From: Candidatus Heimdallarchaeum aukensis | GTDB taxonomy: Archaea > Asgardarchaeota > Heimdallarchaeia > Heimdallarchaeales > Heimdallarchaeaceae | DNA length: 64,000 nt | Direction: 5' to 3' | NCBI GenBank assembly: GCA_021513695.1 | Contig: CP084166.1 | Location: 2,976,001-3,040,000, forward strand | In this document: in pieces, positions 19,406 through 29,768 of the stretch | Numbering within the stretch: the stretch's first letter is position 1 | Layout: each line of letters opens with the position of its first letter | Notes under the pieces: model-generated | The model's database searches: none | What the model was told of the DNA's origin: nothing | The model's input: only the letters and a program-made list of their open reading frames with translations | Made by a program: the position numbers and the translations under genes

Positions 19406-19798
19406 ATGAGTTCAACAAATTTCTCTGATGAAAAAGAAGTAAAAGAAAAAATCAAATCTCTCGTTCCATTAGATAAAAAACTTTCTCCAGTTTTACCCAA
19501 ACATGTGAGTGGAACTGTTAAGTGCTACATTGATGGTTGTAATAAACAATCATATTACACGCTTGGAGCTTTATTACCAAGTGTTTGGTTTACTCAAGAA
19601 ATAAAGCAGAAGCTAGTTCCTGTAATTGTTACTTCTTGTTTAGAGCATAGAAATGCCCTGATTGATAATCTCCCAGAAAAAACTGTTTCAGTTATAATTC
19701 GAGATGTTTCTCGGGATTCTTTTGAAATTGTTTCTGATATGCTTAAGCAAGCTTTAATCTCGAAAGAAGATGAATTAATAGTTTTCTATAGTTCCTGA
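19406..19798 (+). CDS. small hypothetical protein
   Basis: ORF 19346-19798; internal Met at 19406, preceded by GGGGA, avoids overlap with the upstream gene. Contains CYIDGC…C…H. Confidence 0.35.
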   Translation: MSSTNFSDEKEVKEKIKSLVPLDKKLSPVLPKHVSGTVKCYIDGCNKQSYYTLGALLPSVWFTQEIKQKLVPVIVTSCLEHRNALIDNLPEKTVSVIIRDVSRDSFEIVSDMLKQALISKEDELIVFYSS

Positions 19799-22395
19799 AT
19801 TTTTGGATTTTCTATTCTTTTTCCAATATTCTTTGATGTTTTTTCTATTTCTATTTCTTTCAAAACTGAAGATAATCTTTTTACAGCTTCTAAGCTGTGA
19901 ACAATCTGATCTAACCAAGAATAAATGTCACCAGGGTAAACTTGAATGTTCAAATTTTTTCTTATCTCTGTTGATATTCTAGTAGGATTGTATCCATTTA
20001 ATCTATAATTAACAATGATTTTGGAAAAAGTCTTCTCACCGCAATCACAAAAAGGTTTTTCAGGACAATCGCATACAAATATTTCTTTAGTCCATTTTGA
20101 AAAAGTGTCTAATATGAATGAACTGGGTTTTCTATCTATACCCCACGATTCACCAGAATACAAATCAAGAATTGCGCCTGAGAAAACACTAGTAGATATT
20201 GTTGACTTTAATAACCGTTCTACTTCTGCTTGCAATCTAGAAGATAAATAAGCAGCAGTAAAAGGTCTAATAGAAACAGCTAAATCTAAAACTAACTCTT
20301 TACTTTTGATATTTTTCTGCCTTCTCTTAATTTCTTGAACTAAGCGTAAGGCAAAAGGAGGGGCTAGGAAAGATAGAGAAGTAGCTTTTCCTAATTTTGT
20401 AGGATAAATGGTTTTATCTTTAAATTCGAGCATTTCCATTTTTACTAAATCTTTTATAATGTTGCTTAACTTGTTTGTTCTTCCGAGCAAGTTTGAAAAT
20501 ATCATTTTATCTCTTGTATCAATTTTAACTTTGGAAACAGCATTAATTATAGCGAGTACTTCTTCTTGTTCTTCTATTGTATCTAAAACTGGTTCTACGG
20601 GTTCTATCGGTTGTGTAAGTAATTTGAAGGCAATTTGCTCCTCTGTTAAATCTTGTCTAGAGTAAATTTTTCTTCCTGGTTCAACTAATAAGTAAACTTT
20701 ACCTTTATCATGAAACCCAAATCTTCCAGCTCTTCCTAACATTTGATGGAATTCTGCAACTGTTAACCATTCTGCCCCCATAGCTAAATTCTCAAAAATA
20801 ACTAGAGAAGCCGGAAAATCTACTCCAGCTCCTAAAGCAATAGTAGTAACAACAGTGGAAAAAGCTCCTGTTTCAAATTTACTTTCTATTCTTTTTCTTT
20901 GTGAGTAAGTTAATCCAGCATGATAATGTGTTGCTCTAACTCCTTTTTTAGTTAATAGACTGGCTATCTTTTCGCATCCTTTCCTTGAATTTGTAAAAAC
21001 TAAAGTCTGTCCTTTATATCCCATTGAAGACTTTACTCTTTCTTCTTTTCTGCAGAGATCAATCAGAAAATTAATTCTTTGTTCTTCAGAATCAGTAAGG
21101 ATTACATGTCTTTCTAGAGGAATAGGACGATCAGTATAAATTACAGGTTTAGAATTTAATTCCTTTGCCAGTTCTTTTGGGTTGCCAATTGTTGCTGAAA
21201 GATAAATAAATTGAGCCCTTGGAAAAAGAGCTTTTAATCTAGTGATTAAACCATTTAGCCTAAACCCTCTCTCTTTTGCCATTAACATCTGAATTTCATC
21301 AATACAAATAGTACCAACATTTCCCAATTCTTTAGCTCTTCCATCCCTAAGAACAAAATCAAGTGCTTCATACGTAGCAACAATAATATCTGATTGTAAA
21401 CTCCCATCAACAATCGGTTTTTCAATGTCAGTTAGTATTCTACTCATACCTACTTTAATTGAAGTTTTAAAACCGATTTTACGATATCTTTTTCTAAATT
21501 GTTCATATTTCTGATTTGTAAGGGCAACTAATGGAGACAGATAGATAAATTTCTTTTTTTCTTTTATAAGATTGGTAATCCCAGCTAATTCTCCTATCAG
21601 AGTTTTTCCTGAAGAGGTTCCAGCTACAATTAACAAATCTTTTTTTTCTAACAACCCTGATTCAAGTGCGAGCTTCTGAGCTGGAAGAAAATTTTTCACT
21701 CCTTCTTTAATCAGAAGTTCTTTGAATCTTGAAGGAATTGTTTTTAGATCTTCTACTTTTAGTGAAATATCTGGTTTAGAGGCTCGAATAATATCGAATA
21801 ATGTACTTTCTTTGTCATTAATATTTGATTCAACACCTAAAGTTATAGAGTTTAAAACCTCATCTAAAGAACCCTTTCTTCGAGCTTGTTGTTCATAGAA
21901 TTTTATTATCCCTGCAGAAAAATTGATTGAAGTTCTTTTTATTTCAGTAATTAACTCTCGTCTAATGCACAATTTACAAATGCTTTTCCCCTTAAAACGA
22001 ACATTATCTTCTTCACTTAATTCAGTCCATTTTTGCTTATTTAAACAATATCTACAAATGTTTGCTATTTTTGGTTTTTTTATTTTAAAAGTATTAAAAT
22101 ATTCAATAAATCCTTTCTGGTCAAAGGGAAGATCACTTTTTTCTACAACTAAATATGATGCATTTTTTAGATCTTCTGTTGCTTCTTTAGGACGTATGTA
22201 TTTTACCGTGTTTCTTCCTAATTTTAAGTATTTATAAACTCGAAGAAGGTTTTTTTCGTAAATGAACTGAAGTCTGCAGTGTGCAACTGCTTTTTTGTCT
22301 TTTTTCCCAGAAATATAAAAGTAAATTATATCAGTTGACAGTTTTTCTTTATTAAAGTTAAATAACACAGCAATGTATGGTTTAGGAATTTTCAT
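19786..22395 (-). CDS. Ski2-like superfamily-2 DEAD/DEAH helicase with N- and C-terminal zinc-finger modules (ASH-Ski2-like)
   Basis: Walker A AGTSSGKT, DEIQ box (ICIDEIQML), motif III SAT. N-terminal CRYC…CKLC and C-terminal CDCPEKPFCDCGEK zinc clusters. Start moved to Met42 of the track ORF, downstream of the stop of the upstream gene at 22418. Confidence 0.8.
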   Translation of the reverse strand: MKIPKPYIAVLFNFNKEKLSTDIIYFYISGKKDKKAVAHCRLQFIYEKNLLRVYKYLKLGRNTVKYIRPKEATEDLKNASYLVVEKSDLPFDQKGFIEYFNTFKIKKPKIANICRYCLNKQKWTELSEEDNVRFKGKSICKLCIRRELITEIKRTSINFSAGIIKFYEQQARRKGSLDEVLNSITLGVESNINDKESTLFDIIRASKPDISLKVEDLKTIPSRFKELLIKEGVKNFLPAQKLALESGLLEKKDLLIVAGTSSGKTLIGELAGITNLIKEKKKFIYLSPLVALTNQKYEQFRKRYRKIGFKTSIKVGMSRILTDIEKPIVDGSLQSDIIVATYEALDFVLRDGRAKELGNVGTICIDEIQMLMAKERGFRLNGLITRLKALFPRAQFIYLSATIGNPKELAKELNSKPVIYTDRPIPLERHVILTDSEEQRINFLIDLCRKEERVKSSMGYKGQTLVFTNSRKGCEKIASLLTKKGVRATHYHAGLTYSQRKRIESKFETGAFSTVVTTIALGAGVDFPASLVIFENLAMGAEWLTVAEFHQMLGRAGRFGFHDKGKVYLLVEPGRKIYSRQDLTEEQIAFKLLTQPIEPVEPVLDTIEEQEEVLAIINAVSKVKIDTRDKMIFSNLLGRTNKLSNIIKDLVKMEMLEFKDKTIYPTKLGKATSLSFLAPPFALRLVQEIKRRQKNIKSKELVLDLAVSIRPFTAAYLSSRLQAEVERLLKSTISTSVFSGAILDLYSGESWGIDRKPSSFILDTFSKWTKEIFVCDCPEKPFCDCGEKTFSKIIVNYRLNGYNPTRISTEIRKNLNIQVYPGDIYSWLDQIVHSLEAVKRLSSVLKEIEIEKTSKNIGKRIENPKIQEL

Positions 22396-22417
22396 TAAAA
22401 TCACAAAGACTAAAAAA

Positions 22418-22900
22418 TTATGTTTTTGAAAAGTTATATCCACAAGTTGGGCAAAAATTGACATTAACACCAACTTTTTCTTCACAATGTGGGCATTCTT
22501 TAAATAGCGGAGAACCACAATATTTGCAGAATTTAGTTTGCTTTACTTCATTTTTACATGTTGGACACATTACAGTTTTTTCTTTTGTTTGACTAGCTGT
22601 TCTATCTACAGGAGTAGAAATTTGGGGTAAAGTTGTTGGAACATATTCTTGATATTTGCTTGATGAGGGTGGATATCTATCACTTTTTGCTGGTTCTATC
22701 TTGCTAATAGTAAGTTCTGGGTCTATTTTATGAAGAAAATTTTTGATATTTGTGTTAGATTCTATAGAAAGAGGTTTCCTTTTTTGGGCTAATAGGGCTA
22801 GCTTTAGATACTCTACTACATCTTCTTGTTCTGCTCCACAATGAGGGCAGACCTTTAACGATTCTTCAATTTCTTCCCAACAACTTAAACATTTTTTCAC
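22418..22900 (-). CDS. double zinc-ribbon protein (hypothetical)
   Basis: CLSC…CPHCG at N-terminus; CPTC…CKYCG…CPHC…CPTCG at C-terminus. Immediately upstream of, and co-oriented with, the helicase. Confidence 0.6.
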   Translation of the reverse strand: MKKCLSCWEEIEESLKVCPHCGAEQEDVVEYLKLALLAQKRKPLSIESNTNIKNFLHKIDPELTISKIEPAKSDRYPPSSSKYQEYVPTTLPQISTPVDRTASQTKEKTVMCPTCKNEVKQTKFCKYCGSPLFKECPHCEEKVGVNVNFCPTCGYNFSKT

Positions 22901-23043
22901 TGCATATCGCCTAATTCTTCTGTTTTTGAAAAGTTTTACAAGCTTATAAAAGTAGCTATTTTCGTATTTTATTTTTCTTTTTTTGCTAACGTAGAATTAT
23001 CGATAATTATATAAAGAAAAATAATTTTGTTTTCAAGATACAA

Positions 23044-23436
23044 ATGGCCAAGAAAAAAAAGATTAAGTGTAAGAAGTGTGGAGCTGAATGGTTACCAAAT
23101 GAGGTTGAAACAAAGAAAGAGTGGAACATGATTAGTCCAATGCCTGATAAAGACGGAAATGTAACCATAACAAGAATGGCATCTTGGAATTGTCCTTCTT
23201 GTGGTAAAAATGTAACTGGAGCAAAAGGTAAAACTAAGGGTGAATTCAGAGTAGAAGATACACCTAAATATAAAATTGAACATGCTTTAGACTCAGGAGA
23301 AGAAGTTGATCTCGAAGAATTGGCTGAAGAAATAGGGTTCAAAGTTGAAAATTTGATAAAAATTATTCCCGCTTATATGAAGAAGAAGGGATTAAAAGGA
23401 GAAATAAAAGGAAATAAATTCATTCCAAAGAAGTAA
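23044..23436 (+). CDS. zinc-ribbon protein (hypothetical)
   Basis: CKKCG…CPSCG pairs; lysine-rich. Preferred over the antisense ORF 23007-23342. Confidence 0.55.
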   Translation: MAKKKKIKCKKCGAEWLPNEVETKKEWNMISPMPDKDGNVTITRMASWNCPSCGKNVTGAKGKTKGEFRVEDTPKYKIEHALDSGEEVDLEELAEEIGFKVENLIKIIPAYMKKKGLKGEIKGNKFIPKK

Positions 23437-23546
23437 TTTGTTTTACAAAAATTTTCTTTTTTTTAAATATCAGAATGGCAAAAATTTTTAAAGAGAAAAA
23501 TAGACAGAGGTCTGAAAACAAAAAGAAACAATGGAGCAGATAAATT

Positions 23547-23774
23547 ATGGTATACACAGCTTTTGATGGGATAATTTCAAAAAATGGATGGCTTATATTT
23601 TGGTTAGTACTTTTTACGATATTGACAATTTTTGGTATAATATTGGCATATTTGTATTTTAAATCGTCCCAAAATAAAACAAGAAAGGCTACAATATCTA
23701 TTATACTTTTCAATATTCTTGTAATAGCTTTTGAGTTGCAGCTTATTTTTATTAAAACAAATATTAATTTTTAA
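23547..23774 (+). CDS. possible small two-TM membrane protein
   Basis: 75 aa with two hydrophobic helices. Weak support. Confidence 0.25.
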   Translation: MVYTAFDGIISKNGWLIFWLVLFTILTIFGIILAYLYFKSSQNKTRKATISIILFNILVIAFELQLIFIKTNINF

Positions 23775-23903
23775 TACTCTTATTTTTCTCTCTTGATTTT
23801 TTAATTTTAGGTTCTTTCCTACACAGTTAGAATTTCAAAAAGGTTAAATAATCTAAAATGAATAAAAACAAGATAGCTAGTTATTTAGTGGTAGAATGAT
23901 ACA

Positions 23904-24752
23904 ATGAACTTCTTTAGTTATTTACCTTATTTAAACAGAGAAAATATAAGCTGGTTATTTAAAAAAAGTGAAAAAATAGATGAGATTACAGATGAAGATT
24001 TTGTCTTTCGACTAAAGAAAGTTCTAAACTCTGATACTCTAACTAGCTCTCAAAAAAGGAAAATCTGGCAAATCTCAATGGAGAATTTATTTTTTAATGA
24101 AATGCATCGTAGTTTCATCTTTACTCCAACTTCGAAATTTCCCAAAACAACTGAGATAAAGGCTGCAATAAGTAAAAAACTTCAAGTAATTGTTAAAGAA
24201 GAAAAAATAGCCTGTTCTCCCATTTATGTTTCAATGATGGAAAAAACCCCGTTACACTTTTTAATTTCATTCTCTTTAGAAAAAGTTACTAATTTTGAGA
24301 AATTTCTTGAACTACCCTTAAATAGACATTTGGTTTTTAATATTTTTCCAGAAAAAGGTTTTTGCACTTTTTGGCCACTAGATAGAGATGTTAAACTTAA
24401 AGTTGCATTGAAATTGATTAATGAACTCTTCGCTGATACCAAAGAGATAAAAGTAAATGCTCTACTCTTGCGCAAGTTTTCTACTCAAGATCAAATGAAA
24501 AGAATGGTTATTTCAACTCCTCCAGAAATAGCAGGTTTTTCTGGTTTGGATTCTATAGAATTTTATGGTTCAGATGTGATGTTAGGATTATCAGGATTAA
24601 AAAGAAGACATGATGCTGACGTAGAAAAGATTACTCGAGTTGGACCATTAACAGATTTAGAATCGGATAATATAAGGTTAAAAGCAGGAAAGGGTATACA
24701 AGTCAAAAACTATTCTGCTATAGATAAACTTCTTGCTGTTGTTAAAACATAA
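23904..24752 (+). CDS. hypothetical protein
   Basis: 282 aa ORF with no recognised motifs. Confidence 0.5.
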   Translation: MNFFSYLPYLNRENISWLFKKSEKIDEITDEDFVFRLKKVLNSDTLTSSQKRKIWQISMENLFFNEMHRSFIFTPTSKFPKTTEIKAAISKKLQVIVKEEKIACSPIYVSMMEKTPLHFLISFSLEKVTNFEKFLELPLNRHLVFNIFPEKGFCTFWPLDRDVKLKVALKLINELFADTKEIKVNALLLRKFSTQDQMKRMVISTPPEIAGFSGLDSIEFYGSDVMLGLSGLKRRHDADVEKITRVGPLTDLESDNIRLKAGKGIQVKNYSAIDKLLAVVKT

Positions 24753-24870
24753 TATTTATTTGTGCGGTTCCATTCTTTTTTCTAATGATAAGCTTGAAAT
24801 AAAAGTATAGGCATATCGAAAGTTTTTTTATAAAACTACTAAATGTAAAACAAAAAAGGAGTAAGATAAT

Positions 24871-25425
24871 ATGATTGAACTACTTCAAATAAGTAGAGGT
24901 GGATCTGGAGGAGTAACTGGAGCTAAAATTTTAGCCGAGGCTGCAATGTATGAAGGACTAGACTCACAAGCAATTCCTAAATATGGGGCTGAAAGAAGAG
25001 GAGCTAAAGTTGAAGCTTATGTTCGTTTTGATTCTTCCCCTATAAGGATACATAGTCCAGTCTATAATCCAACACATGCTATGGTATTAGATTCATCACT
25101 CATTAAGGCTTTAGAGATAGACAAAGTTAGTAAAGATGGAATTATAATGATAAATTCCTCACATATTCCTGATTTTCTTAAAGGAACAAATAGAAAAGTA
25201 GCTTATGTAGATGCTACTAGTATTTCAAAGGAACTAGGCTTAGTTGTAAGTGGATTTACCCTTACAAACGTGACGATGTTAGGTTGTTTTGCGAAGGCAA
25301 CAGGAATAATAAAAATGGAAAACATAGAGAAAGCTATTGAAAAAACACTAGGCGCGAAAATTGCACCAAAGAATATTGAGGCTGCAAGACGCGCTTATGA
25401 ACAAACAAAGGTGGAAACAGCATGA
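24871..25425 (+). CDS. porG: 2-oxoacid (pyruvate/ketoisovalerate):ferredoxin oxidoreductase gamma subunit
   Basis: N-terminus RGGSGGVTGAKILAEAAMYEG; about 184 aa; first gene of a gamma-delta-alpha-beta operon. Confidence 0.8.
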   Translation: MIELLQISRGGSGGVTGAKILAEAAMYEGLDSQAIPKYGAERRGAKVEAYVRFDSSPIRIHSPVYNPTHAMVLDSSLIKALEIDKVSKDGIIMINSSHIPDFLKGTNRKVAYVDATSISKELGLVVSGFTLTNVTMLGCFAKATGIIKMENIEKAIEKTLGAKIAPKNIEAARRAYEQTKVETA

Positions 25426-25697
25426 CAGAAAAAGAACCAAGTATGCCAATTTTATATCCAATAGAAGGCGCTGCAGGATTAACTGGAGATTGGAGAACAC
25501 AAAGACCAATTGTTGATCCAGAAAAATGTAAAATGTGCAATATTTGTTGGCAATATTGTCCTGATTTAGCAATAACTGCAGCAAATAAAGAAGAAAACAA
25601 AGTAATTGTATTTGATTATACATTCTGTAAAGGGTGTGGAATTTGCGCTAGAGAATGTCCTTTTGGCGCAATTCATATGGAAAAAGAGGTGGACTAG
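25422..25697 (+). CDS. porD: 2-oxoacid:ferredoxin oxidoreductase delta subunit (2x[4Fe-4S] ferredoxin)
   Basis: CKMCNICWQYCP and CKGCGICARECP motifs. Start overlaps the porG stop (ATGA). Confidence 0.85.
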   Translation: MTEKEPSMPILYPIEGAAGLTGDWRTQRPIVDPEKCKMCNICWQYCPDLAITAANKEENKVIVFDYTFCKGCGICARECPFGAIHMEKEVD

Positions 25698-26828
25698 ATG
25701 GCTGAAGAAGTAGTAATGTTAACTGGTAATCACTCTGTGTCAGAAGCAGTAAAGAGGGTTAAACCTGATGTTATTGCTGCTTACCCAATAACTCCACAAA
25801 CAGCAATTATAGAATATTTAAGCAGAGTGGTAGATTCTGGAGAACTAGATAGCCACTTTATTAGAGTTGAGTCTGAACATTCTGCTCTAGCAGCCGTTGC
25901 TGGAGCATCATGGGCTGGAGCAAGAACTTTTACAGCAACAAGCAGCCAAGGATTACTATATATGGGAGAATGGGTTTTCTGGACAGGTTATGCTCGCTTA
26001 CCCGTTGTAATGGCTGTTGTAAATAGATGTTTAGCTCCTGGATGGAGTATATGGGTAGATTTACAAGACTCAATGGCTTTTAGAGACGCAGGTTGGATAC
26101 AAATTTACAATAAGAATAATCAAGAGGTATTTGACACAACAATTCAATCCTATAAAATAGCAGAGAGTAAAGACATAGCTTTGCCTGTTATGCCATGTTT
26201 AGATGGATTTGTTCTCAGCCATACGAGTTCTAAAGTAATATTAAGTGACCCTGAAGAAGTTTATAATTTCGTAGGTGATTATTCAGATCCAATTATCGAA
26301 ATTGATACTGGTAAGCCTTTTGCTTATGGTTCCATAGTTATGCCTGATAAGTACAATAAGGATAGAAAAGATCTAATGGAAGCAATGGAAAGAGCTAAAG
26401 CTAAAATTAAAGCTGTAAACAAAGAATTTTCTGAAACCTTTGGAAGATCTTATGGAAATGGTCTAATTGAGAAATATGGAGATGATGACGCAGACTTAAC
26501 AATTGTAGGAATAGGAACTCTAGCTGATGAAACACAACAAGCAATTGACATGCTAACTTCAGAAGGGTTGAAAGTAAACTCTGTCAGAGTAAGAACATTT
26601 AGACCTTTCCCAACAGAAGATATAATTGACATTGCTAAAAAGAATCATAAGCTACTCGTAATTGATAGGTCAGTAAGTTTTGGTCACGAAGGACATTTAC
26701 AAATGGAAATTGAGTCAGTTCTAAAGAGAAATAATATTGACACTCCTGTTATTGGAAAGGTAATGGGATTGGGCGGAGAAGACGTTCCATATACTCGTAT
26801 CGCTAAAGCAGCGAGGGAGAATCTGTGA
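25698..26828 (+). CDS. porA: 2-oxoacid:ferredoxin oxidoreductase alpha subunit
   Basis: 376 aa, N-terminus GNHSVSEAVKRVKPDVIAAYPITPQT, typical of PorA/VorA. Confidence 0.85.
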   Translation: MAEEVVMLTGNHSVSEAVKRVKPDVIAAYPITPQTAIIEYLSRVVDSGELDSHFIRVESEHSALAAVAGASWAGARTFTATSSQGLLYMGEWVFWTGYARLPVVMAVVNRCLAPGWSIWVDLQDSMAFRDAGWIQIYNKNNQEVFDTTIQSYKIAESKDIALPVMPCLDGFVLSHTSSKVILSDPEEVYNFVGDYSDPIIEIDTGKPFAYGSIVMPDKYNKDRKDLMEAMERAKAKIKAVNKEFSETFGRSYGNGLIEKYGDDDADLTIVGIGTLADETQQAIDMLTSEGLKVNSVRVRTFRPFPTEDIIDIAKKNHKLLVIDRSVSFGHEGHLQMEIESVLKRNNIDTPVIGKVMGLGGEDVPYTRIAKAARENL

Positions 26829-26829
26829 G

Positions 26830-27741
26830 GTGAAAAAAATGCCAACAACAATTAAAGATTTAATGAATAATCCCAAAGAAGCATTGCTTAAAGGTCATTT
26901 TGCATGTGCAGGATGTGGAAGCGCTTTAGCTTTTCGTCATGCAATCGGTGCTATTGCTGATAAAGCTGTTGTAGTAATTCCTGCCTGTTGTACTTCAGTA
27001 TATCAAGGATTTGGAAGAGGAGTAGCTTTTGATGTTCCAACAATTAATGTAGCTTTTGCTTCATCTGATGCAGTTGCTGCAGGAATTAAACATGCAATGG
27101 ATAAAAAAGGAAAAGAAGCACATGTAATCGCTTGGGCTGGAGATGGAGGTACAGCTGATATAGGTATTGCTACTCTTATTGGTGCTTGTGATAGACAAGA
27201 TAATATCTTGCATATAATGTATAGTAACAATGTCTATAGTAACACCGGTGGGCAAAGAAGTGGAGATACTCCTATTGGTGCAAGAACAACAACTACACCT
27301 TTTGGAAACAAAACACAGAGGAAAATGGTTCCTTTCATAATGATGGCTAATAACGCTAGCTATGTTGCTACAGCTTCAGTAGCTTATATTCCTGATCTCG
27401 TTGATAAAGTGAAAAAGGCACTAAGCTATGATGGTTTCAAGTTTATTGAAATCGATGCTAGCTGCCCAGTAGCATGGAAATCAGATTCTGCTGACTCTAT
27501 TCATGTTGCAAGACTAGCTGTAGAAACTGGTGTTTGGCCACTATTTGAGTGGGATAGTAAATCAAACAAAGCAGTTCTAAGTAAAAGAGGAAGCAAATAT
27601 AGGAATAAAGAAAACAGAAAACCAATTGAAGAATGGTTAAATATTCAAGGAAGATTCAAAGGAATGTCTGAAGAAGAGATCAAGAACTTATATGCTGATG
27701 TTGATCGTCAATGGACTTTCCTCGAAAAATTCCTAGAATAA
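26830..27741 (+). CDS. porB: 2-oxoacid:ferredoxin oxidoreductase beta subunit (TPP-binding)
   Basis: CAGCG…, TPP motif GDGGTADIGIATLIGA, about 303 aa. Confidence 0.85.
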   Translation: MKKMPTTIKDLMNNPKEALLKGHFACAGCGSALAFRHAIGAIADKAVVVIPACCTSVYQGFGRGVAFDVPTINVAFASSDAVAAGIKHAMDKKGKEAHVIAWAGDGGTADIGIATLIGACDRQDNILHIMYSNNVYSNTGGQRSGDTPIGARTTTTPFGNKTQRKMVPFIMMANNASYVATASVAYIPDLVDKVKKALSYDGFKFIEIDASCPVAWKSDSADSIHVARLAVETGVWPLFEWDSKSNKAVLSKRGSKYRNKENRKPIEEWLNIQGRFKGMSEEEIKNLYADVDRQWTFLEKFLE

Positions 27742-27742
27742 C

Positions 27743-27750
27743 TTTTTTTT
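27743..27750 (+). terminator. oligo-T archaeal intrinsic terminator after the por operon
   Basis: T8 run starting 2 nt after the porB stop codon. Confidence 0.3.
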
Positions 27751-27801
27751 CTATTTACCTTTATCGATGTTTTTTAATAATGATTAGAAAATTTAGAATT
27801 A

Positions 27802-28449
27802 GTGTCTAATTTGGATAACAATTCTAAAACAGAAGAGCTCTACAATATGATTATTGGTTTTATTGAAAGTGCAATAAAACTAAAAAGCCTTCCAAGACAA
27901 GGTTGGATTAGAGTAGGAATTCCACTTTCAGTAGTCGAAAGTGTAGCTGATCACTGCTATAATACGGCAATGTTGTCTTTGCTTTTAGTAGACTTGCACA
28001 ATGAATTATACAAGGATGAACAATTATCTTCAGAACTAGTAATGAGAATAGCTATTGTTCATGATTTACCAGAATGTAGATATCAGGATTTTGACAAACA
28101 AGTTGAGATTTTGGTGGGAAAAGATCATTATCTAGAATTCAAAACGCAGATTCTAACAAATGCAAGTAATGAGTTGCTTTCACTAATCCTAAATGAAAAT
28201 GTGAAAGATTTATGGAAAAAAACTTTAGATGATGTTATTGTTAAGTCCTCACGAGAGGCAAAATTTGTTAGTTACGTAGATAAACTTGAAGTAATTGTTC
28301 AAGCTTTAGCATATGAAAAACAAGGATATAACCCGCGTATTTTCGATGACTATTGGAAAACCTCACTAGACTATCTTAGTTCTTGTCCATTTGAGGTGAT
28401 AAACAATCTTGTCCCTCAATTAAAACAAGCTAGATCACAAAACTTCTAG
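27802..28449 (+). CDS. HD-domain phosphohydrolase (YfbR-like 5'-deoxynucleotidase family)
   Basis: …VADHCY… (H), IAIVHDLPE (HD), about 215 aa. Confidence 0.75.
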   Translation: MSNLDNNSKTEELYNMIIGFIESAIKLKSLPRQGWIRVGIPLSVVESVADHCYNTAMLSLLLVDLHNELYKDEQLSSELVMRIAIVHDLPECRYQDFDKQVEILVGKDHYLEFKTQILTNASNELLSLILNENVKDLWKKTLDDVIVKSSREAKFVSYVDKLEVIVQALAYEKQGYNPRIFDDYWKTSLDYLSSCPFEVINNLVPQLKQARSQNF

Positions 28450-28571
28450 TCTTTTTTTAAATAAATTAGAATAGATTTGTTTCCTTCTTAAATAATTTTA
28501 AATAGCAAAAAAGTTTAATAGTTTTAGATAAAATTTAGTTTATCGTTAATTATAATAATCGATGATGAAAC

Positions 28572-29753
28572 ATGGACCTAGAAGATAAATACAACGAACT
28601 TCAAGTTTCTCCTTTTAATATTCCTTTTCTTCGTGATTTGGGAATTAAAGCAGTAGCTATTGTAAACTTTGACATACTCTATGGTCCAGTCTGTTATTTG
28701 AAAGAACTTTCGAACTCCTCTTTTAGCGAGAAATTAAAAAAAGTAGATACATTAGCAGAACTCTATACTGGTTTTGCTAGAACTGAAATTGATGTTATAA
28801 CTACTCTAGATGAGAAAGTAATTGTTAGTAGTTATACAGAAAAACTTGAAACAAGTGAGGTTACTTCTCTTCTTTTTCTAGTTTGTGTTCTTTCTGCTGA
28901 TACTGAAAAACTAGTACAGTATTGTCGTTCTTTGACTAAAAGAATAAGAGGAGATCCTGAAAGATTTAATTCTGCATTATCTTTTATTATAGAACAAGAA
29001 AGAAAGAAGAGTCATGCATTAATTATAGAACGAAATGGAACTAGAATAAAAGGATTAAACATTAATGATGAAAGTATTGTTTCAGGTAATGAGTTTCTGA
29101 ATTTTAATGGATTTCTGTTTATTGATTATAACCGTGCAGAAGTAGACGGAAGATTTTTCCCAAAAAGGATAAACGAAAAAAAAGTTGATTTTAGAGCGTT
29201 AGTAAAGTTTATTGACACACAGAAAAATGAAGCTGAATTATCTTTTGGAGAGTTAATTACTCTTTACTATAAAGGCTTAGAGTTGCTCATTTATTTGCAT
29301 AATTCTGGAGCAATTATGGTCGGAACAAAAAAAATGAGATCGAGGATTAATTACAATTTTATTAATAAATGGTTTTTCAACTTTTTTGATGTGTATCTAG
29401 ATGTACATGGAATTCCAGAAGAAAAAGGGACTTTGGAAACCCTGAAATATTTAGATAGAGAAATATCTGGTGAACCTAAAAGATTTATTATTTCAGAGCT
29501 CATTGATTTAATGATCAATTCGGAGAAATCTACCCCAGAACTTTTAGTTAAACCTTCTTCAATAAAGAAAAGAGGATGGATAAGCTTAAGAACAGAATAT
29601 GAGCTCTTCTTGGAGTATCTCGAACTTTTTGATGGAAGTCTTTCAATATATAAAATTTCTCAAGAAATGTCTGTACCCCTTTCAAAAGTTGTAGAATTTA
29701 TTATTTTTCTGAAATCGAGAAATTTACTTGAAGTCTATAAGAAGAAAAGATAA
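28572..29753 (+). CDS. hypothetical protein, possible N-terminal roadblock/longin-like module and C-terminal winged-helix
   Basis: N-terminus AVAIVNFDILYGPVCY…TSLLFLVCVLSAD pattern; C-terminal …SIYKISQEMSVPLSKVVEFIIFLKSRNLLEV wHTH-like. Confidence 0.45.
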   Translation: MDLEDKYNELQVSPFNIPFLRDLGIKAVAIVNFDILYGPVCYLKELSNSSFSEKLKKVDTLAELYTGFARTEIDVITTLDEKVIVSSYTEKLETSEVTSLLFLVCVLSADTEKLVQYCRSLTKRIRGDPERFNSALSFIIEQERKKSHALIIERNGTRIKGLNINDESIVSGNEFLNFNGFLFIDYNRAEVDGRFFPKRINEKKVDFRALVKFIDTQKNEAELSFGELITLYYKGLELLIYLHNSGAIMVGTKKMRSRINYNFINKWFFNFFDVYLDVHGIPEEKGTLETLKYLDREISGEPKRFIISELIDLMINSEKSTPELLVKPSSIKKRGWISLRTEYELFLEYLELFDGSLSIYKISQEMSVPLSKVVEFIIFLKSRNLLEVYKKKR

Positions 29754-29768
29754 AAGAATTTTTATAGT

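Noticed and set aside
23007-23342. minus-strand 111-aa ORF
   Set aside because: It is antisense to the Zn-ribbon protein gene 23044-23436, which has conserved CxxC pairs. The minus-strand translation is low-complexity.
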